Assembly: GCA_013239625.1 (NCBI GenBank) | Contig: MU053994.1 | Coordinates: 3,105,589 to 3,169,588 of the forward strand | From: Lama guanicoe | Taxonomy: Eukaryota | DNA: 64,000 bases | Direction of reading: 5' to 3' | Part shown: one piece after another, positions 22,873 through 35,740 of the stretch | How positions within the stretch are numbered: position 1 is the first letter of the stretch | Layout: each line of letters opens with the position of its first letter | Notes under the pieces: generated by a model | Told to the model about the DNA's origin: nothing | The model's input: the letters and a program-made list of their open reading frames with translations, nothing else | Databases searched by the model: none | Position numbers and translations under genes: made by a program

Positions 22873-25372
22873 ACCTGCTTTGCAGTAGGTCACCCTGCCA
22901 AACAAGCTAATATGGAAACCACATGTAACTTAGCCAGACTATACCTTGTGTAGCTTCAAGAACTCGCAGTACATTACCAGCTGTGATTCTCCACTGAAAT
23001 TTTTTTTTTAAGGGAGCTCAAGGTCACATGAAGAGATGAAAGGAACAATCAGCAGCCCTGTTCAGAAGGTGATTTGAAGACTTCATTGCTGTAGTTTGGA
23101 TTAACTCCCCTCCCGCCAACCCCCATCCCAAACTGCATTTATAATTTTGTGACTGAGGATCATTTGTTTGTTAATGTACTGTGCCTTTAACTTTAGACAA
23201 CTTTTTATTTTGATGTCCTGTTGGCTCAGTAATGCTCAAGATATCAATTGTTTTGACAAAATAAATTTACTGAACTTGGGCTAAAATCAAACCTTGGCAC
23301 ACAGGTGTGATACAACTTAACAGGAATCATCGATTCATCCATAAATATTATAAGGAAAAAAACTTATGCGGTAGCCTGCATTAGGGCTTTTTGATACTTG
23401 CAGATTGGGGGAAAACAAACAACAAACGTCTTGAAGCATATTAATGGAATTAGTTTCTAATGTGGCAAACTGTATTAAGTTAAAGTTCTGATTTGCTCAC
23501 TCTATCCTGGATAGGTATTTAGAACCTGATAGTCTTTAAACAAGCCATTCCAGTCATGATGAGGTGATGTATGAATACATGCATACATTCAAAGCACTGT
23601 TTTCAAAGTTAATGCAAGTAAATACAGCAATTCCTCTTTCAGTGTTTAGGCAGATCATTAATTATGAGCTAGCCAAATGTGGGCATACTATTACAGGGAA
23701 AGTTTAAAGGTCTGATAACTTGAAATAGGTTTTTAGAAGAATTCATCTACTTAGACTTTTTAAATGCCTGCCATAAATGAAATTGAAATGGTAGAATGGC
23801 TGACCACAGCAATGACCAGCCCTCATTAGGGCCCTGGATGATTTTTGGTCTAATAACGCATGCTAGTGTTGATGTTTTTTGGTCAAGAGGGTATGAACAG
23901 GAAGAATTAATGGCAGCAGGCTTTATTTTAAATGCCGATTCACATTACTCTGTTCAAGCTGCGTTGAGATGTTAAACTGGCTTACTATAGACTTTGTAAA
24001 AATGGCTCCAGAAGAGTAACAAACTGAAATCTTTGAGATCACACAGGTTGGAAATATGTACATAACTGCACAAGGTGTCAATTCTGCTATACAGTGCAGT
24101 TTTAGTCAGTTTTAGTTGCATAGGTTTCCATTGTATTTATAGTCTGTTTATGCTAAATCTGGCCAAAGATGAGCATTGTCCACCACTAAAATGCCTCTGC
24201 CACTTTGAATTCTGTGCTAATTTTGTGGCCAGAATGCGGTGATCAAAACGCTCAATCTTTATACAGTGGCATAGGAAGATGGCAAAAATTTCCTAAAGTG
24301 CAATAGATTTTCAAGTGTATTGTGCCTTGTTCTAAAACTTTTATTAAGTAGGTGCACTTGACAGTATTGAGGTCATTTGTTATGGTGCTATTTCAATTAG
24401 TCTAGGTTTAGGCCCTTGTACATTTTGCCCATAACTTTTTACAAAGTACTTCTTTTATTGCACATTCAGAGAATTTTATATATATGTCTTGTGTGCGTGT
24501 CCTTAAACTTCCAATCTTATTTTGTCTCTTGGAGATTGTTGAACGCAGCTTGTCTAGGAAGGGGATGGGACTAGATTCTAAAATTTATTTGGGACCATGG
24601 GAATGATAGTTGGGAAGAAAACTTTGCACACGACAGATTTCTAGATACTTTTTGCTGCTAGTTTTATGTAATATTTATTGAACATTTTGACAAATATTTA
24701 TTTTTGTAAGCCTAAAAGTGATTCTTTGAAAGTTTAAAGAAACTTGACCAAAAGACAGTACAAAAACACTGGCACTTGAATGTTGAATGTCACCGTATGC
24801 GTGAAATTATATATTTCGGGGTAGTGTGAGCTTTTAATGTTAAGTCATATTAAACTCTTAAGTCAAATTAAGCAGACCCGGCATTGGCAGTGTAGCCATA
24901 ACTTTCTGATGTTAGTAAAAACAAAATTGGCGACTTTAAATTAAATCATGCCAAGGTTTTGATACACTTGTCTTAAGATATTAATGAAACACTTCAAAAC
25001 ACTGATATGAAGTGTCCAGATTCTCAGATGTTTGTTGTGTGAGTTTTGTTTAGTTGTGTGTATTTTTTTTTTCAGTGAATGTCTGGCACATTGCAATCCT
25101 CAAACATGTGGTTATCTTTGTTGTATTGGCATAATCAGTGACTTGTACATTCAGCGATAGCATTTGAGCAAGTTTTATCAGCAAGCAATATTTTCAGTTA
25201 ATAAGGTTTCAAAAATCACGTAAGAATGGATTTAAACTTGCTGAATGTAAAGATTGAACCTCAAGTCACTGTAGCTTTAGTAATTGCTTATTGTATTAGT
25301 TTAGATGCTAGCACTGCATGTGCTGTGCATATTCTGATTTTATTAAAATAAAAAAATGAACTGCACAGTCTC
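22873..25372 (+). other. DDX3X: DDX3X 3'UTR (long form, ~2.5 kb; end approximate)
   Basis: Repeat-free AU-rich sequence from the stop codon to clustered poly(A) signals, followed by a GU/U-rich tract. Confidence 0.8.
23260..23265 (+). terminator. Candidate proximal polyadenylation signal
   Basis: AATAAA ~390 nt after the stop codon; downstream GU element is weak. Confidence 0.4.
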
Positions 25373-25416
25373 TTTTGTGTTGTCAATTGTGGTTTATTAT
25401 TAGAGGTGAAAATAAA
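25342..25416 (+). terminator. Distal polyadenylation signal cluster
   Basis: ATTAAA 25342..25347 overlapping AATAAA 25347..25352; downstream ttttgtgttgtc element; second AATAAA 25411..25416. Confidence 0.8.
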
Positions 25417-28236
25417 GTTGTGCTATTGCCTGAAGAGTTGTAAGACGTAATTTTTTGGGTTGCCTTCCAGTGCTGATTTTGAGATGCCTCTTGGAGAGAG
25501 AATTATTCTGGTACAGTTTCAGTAAAAGATGAAGATGGTGGTTGGACTGCAGTGAAAAAAGGATTTTTGTAATAGACGGAAACCCAAAAGGTCCTTGTTG
25601 ATGTACATCTTACTGATAAAAGTTTAATTTATGGAAGGGAGTATCTTCTTGGAATGAGTTGGGTAAAAGTCAAATGTATTAGAATCTAACAAGTGTGGAA
25701 AGTACTTAGGGATCAAGAATATATTCACAGGGTGATAGCACAGCTGTACCCTTGTGCATAGAGAACCCTTAGTTTATTTGCTGATAATCCAGTTTTAACA
25801 CATTGCTGCAGACAGCTGCTATTAACTGGAGATTGTATGAGGGCCATAATATGAAATGGCTATTCTGGTTTTGGGGTGTCAAATATTGGGGATTTAATAT
25901 GGCTCCACCTAATGAAAATACACCTTTGCACTTCTGAATTAGAGTTTCACAGTGATTAAATGCATTGTAGGAAAATTGATTGTGGATAGTTATATTCAGT
26001 GTCATGATTTCAATCCAGCAAGCTTAAGTTTTTAAGGCAGAGTTTTGGAGCATAATATGACATTGATTTTGGAGATAGGAAAGAGGAAGGTAGTTGAGTC
26101 AGCTTAATTGAAATTGTGGGGAGATTGTGTTGGAACTGATAGATTGAAAAAGAACTGAACGTGATTCAACTAGAGTGAAATTGGATTCCATGGGTGGTTC
26201 AAGATCCCCTGTATGTAAATTATTAGGAGTGAACACTGAAGATACCTGCTGTGGAGAAAGTGCCTAAATTCTTGGAATTATTTCTACTCTAGCAGATGAT
26301 TTTACTCGTTTATTTACGTACAATGTTTCTAGTTTAAATGATAATATTTAAATACATAAGTGCTGTCATCACTAACCACTGTTAAAAGAATTCTGGGTTC
26401 CTTTTTCCTATTTCTTAGCTGAATTTCAGCCTCAGGCAATGTTCAAAAAGCGACTTAACAGGGAACATGTTTGAAAATGTGTCTTCGTACTTAGACAAAA
26501 TTTTGTTACAATGGCTTTTTCCCTTGACTGATGAACTGGTTGAATTAGTCACAAATGCATTCTGAAGCTCAGTAATTTAAGATAATCAGAATTAGGCTTA
26601 GGGTCACCCCCCAGCCCCCACCCTGTCTCCACTGGAATGAAGAGGTTTCTTCACTCGCTGCAGTCACAGGACTGAAAGTTTTAAGAATACCTTTGGTTTG
26701 GGGAGCTTTTTCCTCAACATTCTGCTCTCTGGATATGTTTAAAACTGCTCTGCTTCTTGTTCTGTCAGTTTATAATCAGCATGTTTGTTTCTAACGTGCG
26801 TTTCCTCTATAGTGACTATTTTCCATTTCTCCTCATTTTTATCACTGATTCTTTATTCCTCATTTTCCCTGCCTACACTTGACTGGGTTGTCTTTAGAAT
26901 AATTCCAGAAACAAGGTTATTATGACACAGTCCACTATATTTAAATTATACTGTGGAAGACTATTTCATAATATGAAAATGTTTATTATGGGAGAAAAAA
27001 ACAGGTCAACGCATCTACTTTAAGAGGAGATGTCTCAAAACAAGAGTTACAACATTGAATTATATGACTAAGCAATTTTACTTGTAGGAGAATTCTGCCC
27101 AGCAGAAAGGAAAACCATAACTTGGGTTTGCATGCAAACGTTCATAGCATTCACAGTAACCTAAAACGAGACAACCCAAATGCTGGTTAACTGATGGGTG
27201 GATAATGAAGTACCGATGCTACCTCTATCTGGGCACCCAATTGCATCCCTAATTTCCTTTTCAAAGGATCCTTAGGTGGGCCCATTAGCACTGTGGCACT
27301 AAGGTTTTCTGTGGATGAATGTCCAGTTTCAGTTCTGATTTTACTGTATCTCGATATAGTCATGGTTTATAATTGGGGTTCCCCTATTTTCCTTGTTAAA
27401 CTGAAGATGACTTTTTTTTAAAGAAATAAGTAGAATGAAACTGCTTCTTGCATCTTTGGTTGGAAATCCTCATTCTTTACTTTCGTTTCCGCTCTTTAGC
27501 CTAGTGTAGGTGCACTCCACACCTAGATTTTCAGCAGCTCATCTCATTTACCTGACATCAGTTGATTAGTGGTATGCCAAAGGGTCTCTGAACCTCCACT
27601 TCTGACCCAGTCATCTGATGAGCTCTAGTAGGTTATTTAGTAGACGTTTGCAGGGCAAAGGTTGATTTAAGTTTCACTCAAAAACTGATTTGGGGTCTGA
27701 GTATTGGACAATGGGGAATGTAGCAATGAATTTGGGTGTAGTCCTTGTTCCCTTGGAACACAGTTTTTCTTTTGTGGTTTCCCTGCTGGGTTGCAGCAGG
27801 AGTACCTGGGAAATGATTCTAGGGCAACTGTCCTAATAAAATCTCTGGGGTTCCCTTAGGGATCTTGTGTTTTGCTTTTGCTTTTGTTGTTGTTCCTAAA
27901 GCTCCCTAGGTAATGCTGATGCAGCAAAATTAGGTATGGAGTCCACTGTTCTCTCTACCCTTAACTGCTCCAAAACTTCCAATTACCATTATCATGCTTC
28001 AGGTACTTCATGGCAGAAGCATCTCTATATTCCAAATTATAATACAACTAAATTAATGGCATTCTGTTAAGTGGCCCCTATGGTGTGGTACTAGTCTACC
28101 TTTGCAGCTTTTAACTTATTTCTCATGCCTTAAATAGAAGCTGAATGTGCTATATTGTCTAGACACGTCCTGCACTGTTTCTGCCTTAGATTTTGTTCAC
28201 CCTGTTCCTTCTAACTGGAATTGGAGCTATATTAAC

Positions 28237-28416
28237 ATTTTTTAAAAAGTCTTTCATTGTTTTTTTTAGACATATGCATTTACTGGTTTTGTTGTTTGTG
28301 GTGGAGGGGCTAATTAGGTTTGTTTATTTGTTTATTTATTTAATGGGGGTACTGGGGATTGAACCCAGGACCTTGTGCATGCTTAGTACACACTACCACT
28401 GACGTATACCCTACCC
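28237..28416 (-). mobile_element. Vic-1-like SINE
   Basis: SINE core ggggattgaacccaggaccttgtgcatgc with a T-rich tail. Confidence 0.82.
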
Positions 28417-28705
28417 GCTGTTAGCATTTAAAATAGTTTTGTATATTGTACTCAGAATATTAAGCTGTCATTTACAATTACTAGGGATGTGGAGAAAATT
28501 GCTCTAATGGGTGGAAGAAAGAGTAGGTTACGATTTGAGTGCAGAATGATCTCCACTATTTTGAAAATACATAGGAGACTGGAAGGAAATCTGCTTAAGT
28601 GACAGTACTTGCTTCTGGTTGAAATTAATTTTCTACTGCTTATTTTCCTGTACCAAACAAATTTTATACAACTAGAATATATGTTCTAATAAAACTTAGT
28701 ATTTA

Positions 28706-31075
28706 AAATTTTTTTTAGTTTGAAATGATTATAGTTTCACAGGAAGTTTCGAAAATAGTACAGAGAAGTCCGGTGTACTCTTCACCCAGTTTCCTTTCCC
28801 CCCGTGAAACATCTGGCATATTCGTAGTATAACACCAAGAAATTGATTGGTACAATCCACAGACTTTATTCAGATTTCACCAGTTTTACATGGACTTGTG
28901 TATGTGTAATTCTATGCAGTTTTATCACATGTTGATTTGTGTGACTGCCTCCCCACTGTTCCATCATCACCAGTATCTCCCTCATACTACCTCTTTATAG
29001 CCACAACTGTCTCCCTTCTTGCCTCCCTACCCTGTCACTAACCTCGGGCAACCACTCATCTGTTTTCTACCTCTAAAATGACATTTCAAAGTTGTTACAT
29101 AAATGGAATTGTTCTATATGTGACCTCTTGAGATTGGCCTTTTGTCACTCAGCGTAAGACTCTTGAGAGTCATCCAAGTTGTTGCAAATAATTTGTTCCT
29201 TTTTATTGCTGAGTAATATGGATGTTCCATGGTTTGTTTATCCATTCAGCCATTGAAGGACATTTGGCTTCTTCCCCATGTTTGACTATTACAAATTAAA
29301 GCTGCTGTGAATATTTGCATACAGGTTTTTGTGTGGACAGAAATTTTCACTTTTCTGGCATAAGTGCCCAGGCGTACAATTTTGCTAGATCATATAGTAA
29401 GTTATGTTTAGTTTAAGGACCTGCCAAACCATTTTCCATAGTGGCTTTATCATTTGACATTTCCACCAGTAGTGCATATGAGAGATCCAGTTTCTCGGCG
29501 TCCTCACCAGCATTTGGTTTTTTCACATTGTACTTTGGCTATTTTGCTTGGTGTGAAGTGAGATCTCATTGTGGTCTTAATCTTCATTTCTCTAATGGGT
29601 AGTGATGTTAAACATCTTTTTTTTTTTCTGTGAAAGAACACCTTTTCATATTCTTATTTGCCATCCTTATATTCTATTTGGTAAAATACATGTTTGTGTT
29701 TTTTGCCCATTTTTAAATTAATTGATTGTTTTTTACTGCTGAGTTTTGAGAGTTTTTATATATCCTAGGTACAAGTCGTTTGTCAGATATGTGATTTGCA
29801 AGGATTTTCTCCCAGTCTATAGCTTGTCTTTTCATCTTCTTACCAGGGTCTTTTGGAGAACAAACACTTAATTTTTTTCAGACATTTAAAATTTTTGATA
29901 CAGTCCAAATTATCAATATTTCCTTTTGTGGGTCTTGCTTTTGGTGTTATGTCTATGAACTCTTCACTTAGCCCTAGGTCCTAAAGATTTCTCCCATTTT
30001 TTTCTAATAAATTTATTGTTTTACATTTAAATCTATGATCTATTTTGACTCAGTGTTTGAGGTGTGAGGTTCATACTGAAGTTTACTTTTTTATCTATGG
30101 ATGGTCCACTTGTTCTAGCACCATTTGTTGAAAAGACTATCCTTCCTCCATTGAATTGCTTTTGCAACTTTGTCAGAAATCAGTTGACCATGCTTGTGTG
30201 GGTCTATTTCTGGGCACTCTATTCTGTTTCATTGATCAATGTGTCTATTCTTCCACAAATTCCGCACTTTCAATTATTTCTAGCTATATAGTAAGACTGA
30301 AAATTGAGTAAAGGGATTCCTCCCACTTGGTTCTTTTTCAGAATTGTTTTAGCTATTTTAGTTTCTGTGCCCTTCCATACAAATTTTAGAATAAGTTTTC
30401 CTATATACACAAAACATCTTGCTGGGATTTTGATGGTAATTACGCTAAACCTATAGATCAATGTGGGAGAGAATTAACATCTTTACTATGTTGACTCTAA
30501 AACACATATATATTTTTCTAATTGTACAATTGATGGGTAATGTATGTTTCAGGTGTACAATAGTGATTCACAATTTTTAACGGTTGTATACCATTTATAG
30601 TTATTTTAAAACATTGGCTATATTTCTTGTGTTATACAATATATCCTTGTAGCTTACTTATTTTGTACATAGTAGTTTGTACCTCTTACTCCCCTATCCC
30701 TGCATTGCCCCTCCTGCCTTCTGTCTCCCCACTGGTAACCATTAGTTGGCTCTATCTATCTGTGAGTCTCTTTCTTTTTTGTTATATTCACATTTCTGTT
30801 TTTTTTTTTTTTTTGGCTCCACATATAAGTGATATCATGCAGTATTTATCTTTCTCTGTCTGACTTATTTCACTTAGCATATTATCCTCCAGGTCCATCC
30901 ACATTGTTGCAAATGGTAAAATTTCATTCTTTTCTATGGCTGAGTAGTAATCCACACCACATCTTTATCCATTCATCTGTTGATGGACACTTTCATATCT
31001 TGATTCCATATCTTGGCAATTGTATATAATGCTGCTATGAACATTGGGGTGCACGTATCTTTTCGAATTAGTGCT
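28706..31075 (-). mobile_element. Degenerate L1 fragments (older L1M 3' region with ORF2 end, plus a younger L1 3' end at ~30510..31075)
   Basis: L1 3'UTR and ORF2 motifs; ORF 30270..30461 (IYRFSVITIKIP...ILKFVWK...AKTILKK) is L1 ORF2-like. Confidence 0.8.
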
Positions 31076-33030
31076 AATACTTATTTTCAAATTGTGAATT
31101 CACAATTTGGTACTTTCTATATAGAACACTCCTATTTATTCATCCTAGGATCATGCTCTTCTTTTAGAGCATGTCCATATGCAAGTGTCTTCATGACATG
31201 TCACATTTTGCAAAGAAAATTCATTTAGGAATATTGAGTCCAGCTTCTAGTTATGGAAGCCTAGGTATTTCAGACCAACCATCCTGCTGAAGAAAAGCAT
31301 AAAACACAAGCGTAAATTTCATACAAGCATTCCTATTTGAGCCAATAAGCACCTTCTGGAAGAGTTCCTGTTAGGGAGAGAGACAGAGGTCTCTCAATGG
31401 CCAATTAAGTAAGTTAGTAACTGCCTATGCAGAAATTGCGATATTCAGCTAATCCCAAACTTGGAAGAAACCTTAACACCTTTTCAGTTTCATCTTCTTA
31501 AAACTCATTATTTTGAAAGTACTTTGGAGTCTTACTTGAATATTAATTCTCAGCATGCTTCGAACTTAATTACCGTAATGTTCCAGAATTTTAATAACAC
31601 TTAAAGCTTTAATGTTAGTTTTCATCAAGGAACTGTGTCCTAGGATTGCACCATGGTGACTTCCTGTAGACATTCTTTAATTGGCATACACTTAGGCAGA
31701 GCCTTCTCGTTCACAAGGGGCTCAGAAGCTGCCATGTGCAATTTGCTCTCCTGTTTATTCTGTGGATTTCGAAGAGATCTGCAGTGTTAACAGTATACCT
31801 TGTAAGAGGCCCTGTGGGATAAATTTATCTTGGTTATCAGTGTAACAAATAGGCTTTGCTTCTAAGAAGCATGTTTTTCTCTTATGAACACTGTGAAAAC
31901 TGCATGATTTCAGTCTACCACCCCCTCCCTTCATGAGGAGGTCTATGGCATTTACTGATTATACCCCTGGTTGAATCTTCATCTACTCACTCTTTCTTTT
32001 CCAACTTTTTTCATTGTCTTGCATGGACATCTGTAAATTTTGGAGTGAGATAAGGTATAAATGTATGAAATGAAACCTATTGCTATTTTTTTTTAGCATG
32101 TTGTTTTGGTTTTTTACCAAACAAGAAGGAATATCTTGAGATGGGAATTTAGATTTAACAATGATAATAAGCGTTATTTTTTTTAAGTTTTTAAATTTAA
32201 GAAATGTATTTTTTAGGTTTGGCAGCAGAGCAACCCAAGTAGTCCTATTCATTTCCTGCTTAGGACTTGGGCGGGATACAGCTCTTAAGGTTTTGTTTCA
32301 TTCTGTAGGGAAATTGGGTTTATCTTCCCGTCTTGTGGCTTTCCAGAAGCTCGTCATGACTGGATGGTTCCTATGATTATGTTCTCTACTAGGGGAGATC
32401 AAACAGCTAATGAGATTTGTTTTGAAACGTAGTGTCGGTAAGGTGAACATAGCTATAGGCTTACTATGTCTTAGTGATCAAGCAGCCAAAATAAAGGTGT
32501 TTGGTACCAGAAGATAAGGATATGTTTCAGTGATATCTCTGTTTAAAAGCTTAAGAAAGGACCTGGCATCACCTCTGGCCATATTGTGCTTTTTCTCCTC
32601 TCAGATGCTTTCCGTTACTTCCTAGTGGAGCAAGTAAGGAGTATTCAGGTTTAAGGCCCAATCTTCTATTTGTGCCTTGCTCAAGAACCGAGTGCTGTGG
32701 AGGTCTCTCATCTATTAATGCATCATCCATATTCCTCTCTCTCTGGATCACTCCCTTAATATTTATCATTTCAAAGACCTCTCATAAAAAGGAAGGAAGG
32801 AAGGAAGAAAATAATTTTTTTAAAAGGAAAAAAATGAAAAAGAAGAAAAAACAAAAAAAGAAAAAAGTATTTAAAAAAACAAACAAAAAAGAAAAAACAA
32901 CAACAAAACCAAAGCCATCTCATGATCTCTTGTCCCTCTCCAGCTTGCTACTCCATTTTTCTCCACACCCGTCCAAATTCAGTGTCTACTTCCTTACCTC
33001 TTATATTTCTTTTACTGTAATCAGCTTTTT

Positions 33031-33177
33031 ATTTTTTAATTTTTTGTTTGTTTTTTTCCTTTTTGGGGGGAGGGTAATTAGGTTTATTTATTTATTTTTA
33101 GAGGAAGTACTGGGGATTGAACCCAGGACCTCATGCATGCTAAGCATGCACTTTACCACTTGAGCTATACCCTCCCC
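33031..33177 (-). mobile_element. Vic-1-like SINE
   Basis: SINE core; 16-bp TSD CTGTAATCAGCTTTTT at 33015..33030 and 33178..33193. Confidence 0.9.
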
Positions 33178-33997
33178 CTGTAATCAGCTTTTTTTCTCCA
33201 TCATTCCACTGAAGTGGCTCTTAGTACTAAGTCACAGTCACCTATCCTTTCTCATCTCACTAGGCCTTTCAGCAGCCAGCGCTTGACACTGACCACTGCC
33301 TCATGACCCTTTTGTCGTAAAGTTTCCAAGAGCTCACACTTACCTAGTTTTGCTCCTCCTTCAGTCTCTCTTGCTGAGTCTTCCTTCTCCTTCCCAACTC
33401 TTTAATATTGGAGGGCCCCAGGGTTCAGTCATTAACCAGCCTCTTTATCTCCAGTCTCCCCCTAAATGCTTTCCTCCATCTCCATGGCTTGGGATATCAT
33501 CTCTTTTAAATATTTAATATTTTATGTAGAAAAGACATCCGCTTATTTCATGTGATATATGAAGTTATACAGTGAAATCTTATTCCCACTTGTCACCCCC
33601 ATCCCAACCACATATTAATTCCTTGTATATCCTTCCAGAGTGTCATTATGCAAATGTAGCATTAGATGAATTATACTTTCTCCTCATTTTACACAAAAGA
33701 TAGCACACTATAAACATTGTTCCATACCTTTTTCCTACTAAACAATATATCCTGGAGATTTTTGCATAGTGATACACAGAAAGAATCCATTCTTCTTTAC
33801 AGTTGTATAATGAGATTATTCTATCTGGTGGCTATACCATAATTATGCAACTAACCTCCTGTCGATGACTATATAGGTAGTTTCCCATCATTTGCTATTA
33901 CCAATGATTAACTTTGTACACATAAGTATATCCATTCAAATTAGGGTACATGTGATCAAGTTGTTCCCTGCAGGAGCTGTATCAATTTACACTTCCA

Positions 33998-34093
33998 GGG
34001 CAGAAGGGCAGAGCTCAGTGGTAGAGCCCATGCTTAGCATGCACGAGATCCTGGTTAGTTCAATCCCCAGTACCTCCATTAAAAAATAAATAA
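33998..34093 (+). mobile_element. Vic-1-like SINE inside an old L1
   Basis: agctcagtggtagagc...gttcaatccccagtacctcc with an A-rich tail. Confidence 0.85.
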
Positions 34094-34777
34094 ATTTCCA
34101 CTCCACCAGCAACTCACCAGAGTGCTTCTTTCCCTGTAGCTTTGCCTGTGAGCATATTGTCAAACTTGTATTTTGGCCAGTGTGACTGAGATTCTATTTT
34201 TTCTTAACCTGTGTAGTTTTAATTTATAGTTGTCTTCTGAGTGAGCTTAAATACCTTCCCATATGTTTAAGGGCTACTTGCATTTCTTTTTCTGTGAATT
34301 ATCCACAAATATCTTATGCCTATTTTTCTTTTGTGTTGTTGGTCTATTTCTCATGGATTTGTAGAAGCTCTCTCTGTATTAGGAAGACTAGCTCTTTGTT
34401 ATGTGAGTAGCCAATTTTTTTTAACACTTTGTCATTTGTATTTTCACATTGCTTATGATGCTTTGTTTTTCAGCTATTCAGAGAGCTTTTTATTCCCATG
34501 TAACTTCAGCTATCTTTTCTTGTAGGGCTTCTGAATATTGAGCCCTAGTTTTTTTTTCCTACTCCAACAAGTTATCAAAGAATTCCTCCATGTTTTCTTC
34601 TTTTATAGTAGTTTTATTTCTACTTTAATGATTATATTTTATGGTTATCATATATTTCATATATTTATTTTTTTACCCATTTAAGCTTATCTTGGTGTAT
34701 GATAATGGTGTATGGATACAACATTTTTGTCCCTTTGACCCAACCACCCTCTATTGAAATATCCATCTTCTCTACGC

Positions 34778-35395
34778 TGTATTAGTTAGAGTAGGGTTAA
34801 AGTGTTGTAATGGAAAGGCTGCGAAATACAGTGGCTTAAATAAGATAGTAATGATTTCTCTTACCTACCAGTTCACAATTCGTGTTCATAGGTCAGTGGG
34901 TGACTCTGTTGCCCTCAGTTATCCAGGATTGAGGTTCCTTCCATTTTATTTCTCTACCCTGAGGGCAGTAGTTCTCAAAATATGGTCCGTACACCAGCAG
35001 CAGCACCTGGTAACTTGTTAGAAAGACAAATTCTTGGGCCCCACCCCAGACCTGCTGACTGACTGTGTGTTTACCAAGCCATCCAGAGGATTCTGATGCC
35101 CCCTCACATTTGAGAACCGCTCATCTAGGGCACTGTCCTCATCTGTGTGGCTCAAATAAGACTTCATTTCAGCTAGCTGAGAAAAGAAAAAGAGCTCAGA
35201 GGAGGAATATCAGCTATTTTCATGTGTCAGTACAGAAGTGGCACACATCATTTCACTCATATACCATTTGGGCACAGTCTTGGTCACATGGCCACATCTA
35301 ACCGCAAGGGAGGCTGGGAAGTGTAATCTAGTTGGGCACTTTCTGCTACTGTCAAAGAAGGGGAGACTGTGTTTGGGAGGATAGCTAACAGTCTA
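34778..35395 (-). mobile_element. MLT1-type MaLR LTR interrupted by a MER5A-like element (~34966..35122)
   Basis: tgtattagttag...gtggcttaaa...ggtcacatggccacatctaaccgcaagggaggctgggaa; cagtagttctcaaa...ttgagaacc. Confidence 0.6.
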
Positions 35396-35689
35396 GAGTG
35401 CAGCTAACAGTTATCAGATACAAAACTCCCATTATATAAATGGATTTACTTCTGGAATTTCTGTTGTGTTAACCCTAGCCTTTTCTGTCGTGTGCTAGAA
35501 CCACATACTTTTAATTATTAAGGCTTTGTGATACGTTTTAATACCTTCAATATCTAGTCCTCCCTTCAGTGATTTTTAAAGTTTTATTTTTGTTCTTGCA
35601 TGTTTATTTTTAAAAAAAACAATCAACAGTTTGTCAAGTTCTAAAGATCTGTTAGGGTTTTGTTTTGGGTTTTTTTAAATGAAAATCTT

Positions 35690-35740
35690 TTTTTTTTTTT
35701 ACATTTTTATTGATTCATAATCATTTTACAGTGTTGTGTC
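35690..35740 (-). mobile_element. 51-nt 5'-truncated L1 3' end
   Basis: poly(T) plus acatttttattgattcataatcattttacagtgttgtgtc; 15-bp TSD TTAAATGAAAATCTT at 35675..35689 and 35741..35755. Confidence 0.8.

Noticed and set aside
32672..33163. 163-aa Lys-rich ORF
   Set aside because: It runs through a low-complexity A-rich tract and an antisense SINE.
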